Translations under genes and position numbers: made by a program
DNA from: Camelus ferus
Lineage: Eukaryota
Assembly: GCF_009834535.1 (NCBI RefSeq)
Contig: NC_045696.1
Location: 112,656,001-112,720,000, forward strand
Direction: 5' to 3'
DNA length: 64,000 nucleotides
The notes under the pieces: generated by a model
Database searches by the model: none
What the model was told of the DNA's origin: nothing
Seen by the model: only the letters and a program-made list of their open reading frames with translations
Part shown: positions 63,631 to 64,000 of the stretch, piece by piece
Numbering within the stretch: position 1 is the first letter of the stretch
Layout of the letters: each line of letters begins with the position of its first letter

Positions 63631-64000
63631 TTCCATTCTCTCATTCTCCTTACCCTCTCCCCTCCATTTTAGCCTTTACTTCTCCCTGATTAAGAGTTTC
63701 AAAAATCTCTTCACCTGCCCCCTCAGTCCCAAAGAACCAGGTCTTACCTCGGCCTCTGGGGTTCCCATGGAACAGGTTACCAGCAATTCTGAAGCCCCAG
63801 ATACACAGCTGTCAAATGGCATAACAAGACCCCAGGGGAAAGGGTAGGTCTGGGTCCCAGCTTTCCAAGTTACTTGTCTTGATTTGTACCTGGCTTTGGT
63901 TTCCTCTATGTTTGAATTTTCTCCTTAAAAAATATTATCTGGCATTACGATGCATAGAATTTGAAGGTGGTCGTGGCTATTTGTCAAGGCGTGAATCTAC

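Overview
Mammalian, AT-rich, repeat-dense non-coding DNA (intergenic or deep intronic). I found no recognisable protein-coding exon, intact RNA gene or CRISPR array. The ORF-track entries with recognisable protein similarity are LINE-1 remnants; the rest look like chance ORFs. The youngest L1 3' ends (10.1, 16.8 and 36.2 kb) resemble camelid L1s as I recall them, so the source is probably Camelus or a relative (inference). The rest is a mosaic of ancient eutherian repeats: L1M-type LINEs (one nearly full-length copy at about 30.7-38.7 kb), L2, MIR, MaLR and ERVL solo LTRs, an LTR-less ERV1 internal fragment and hAT DNA transposons. Family names come from my recall of consensus sequences, not from a RepeatMasker run, so subfamily labels and boundaries are approximate. 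The best observation is a single TSD-flanked insertion (16757-17588) in which a 5'-truncated L1 is fused in inverted orientation to the exact 5' half of elongator tRNA-Met(CAT), consistent with twin priming on two different RNA templates. Other notable items are a textbook twin-primed young L1 (36220-36611), a more complex inverted L1 (4710-5701), a CpG-retaining ancient LTR (21.4-21.8 kb) and a nested LTR with five CCAAT boxes (41.1-41.6 kb). I see no evidence for a new multi-gene system.
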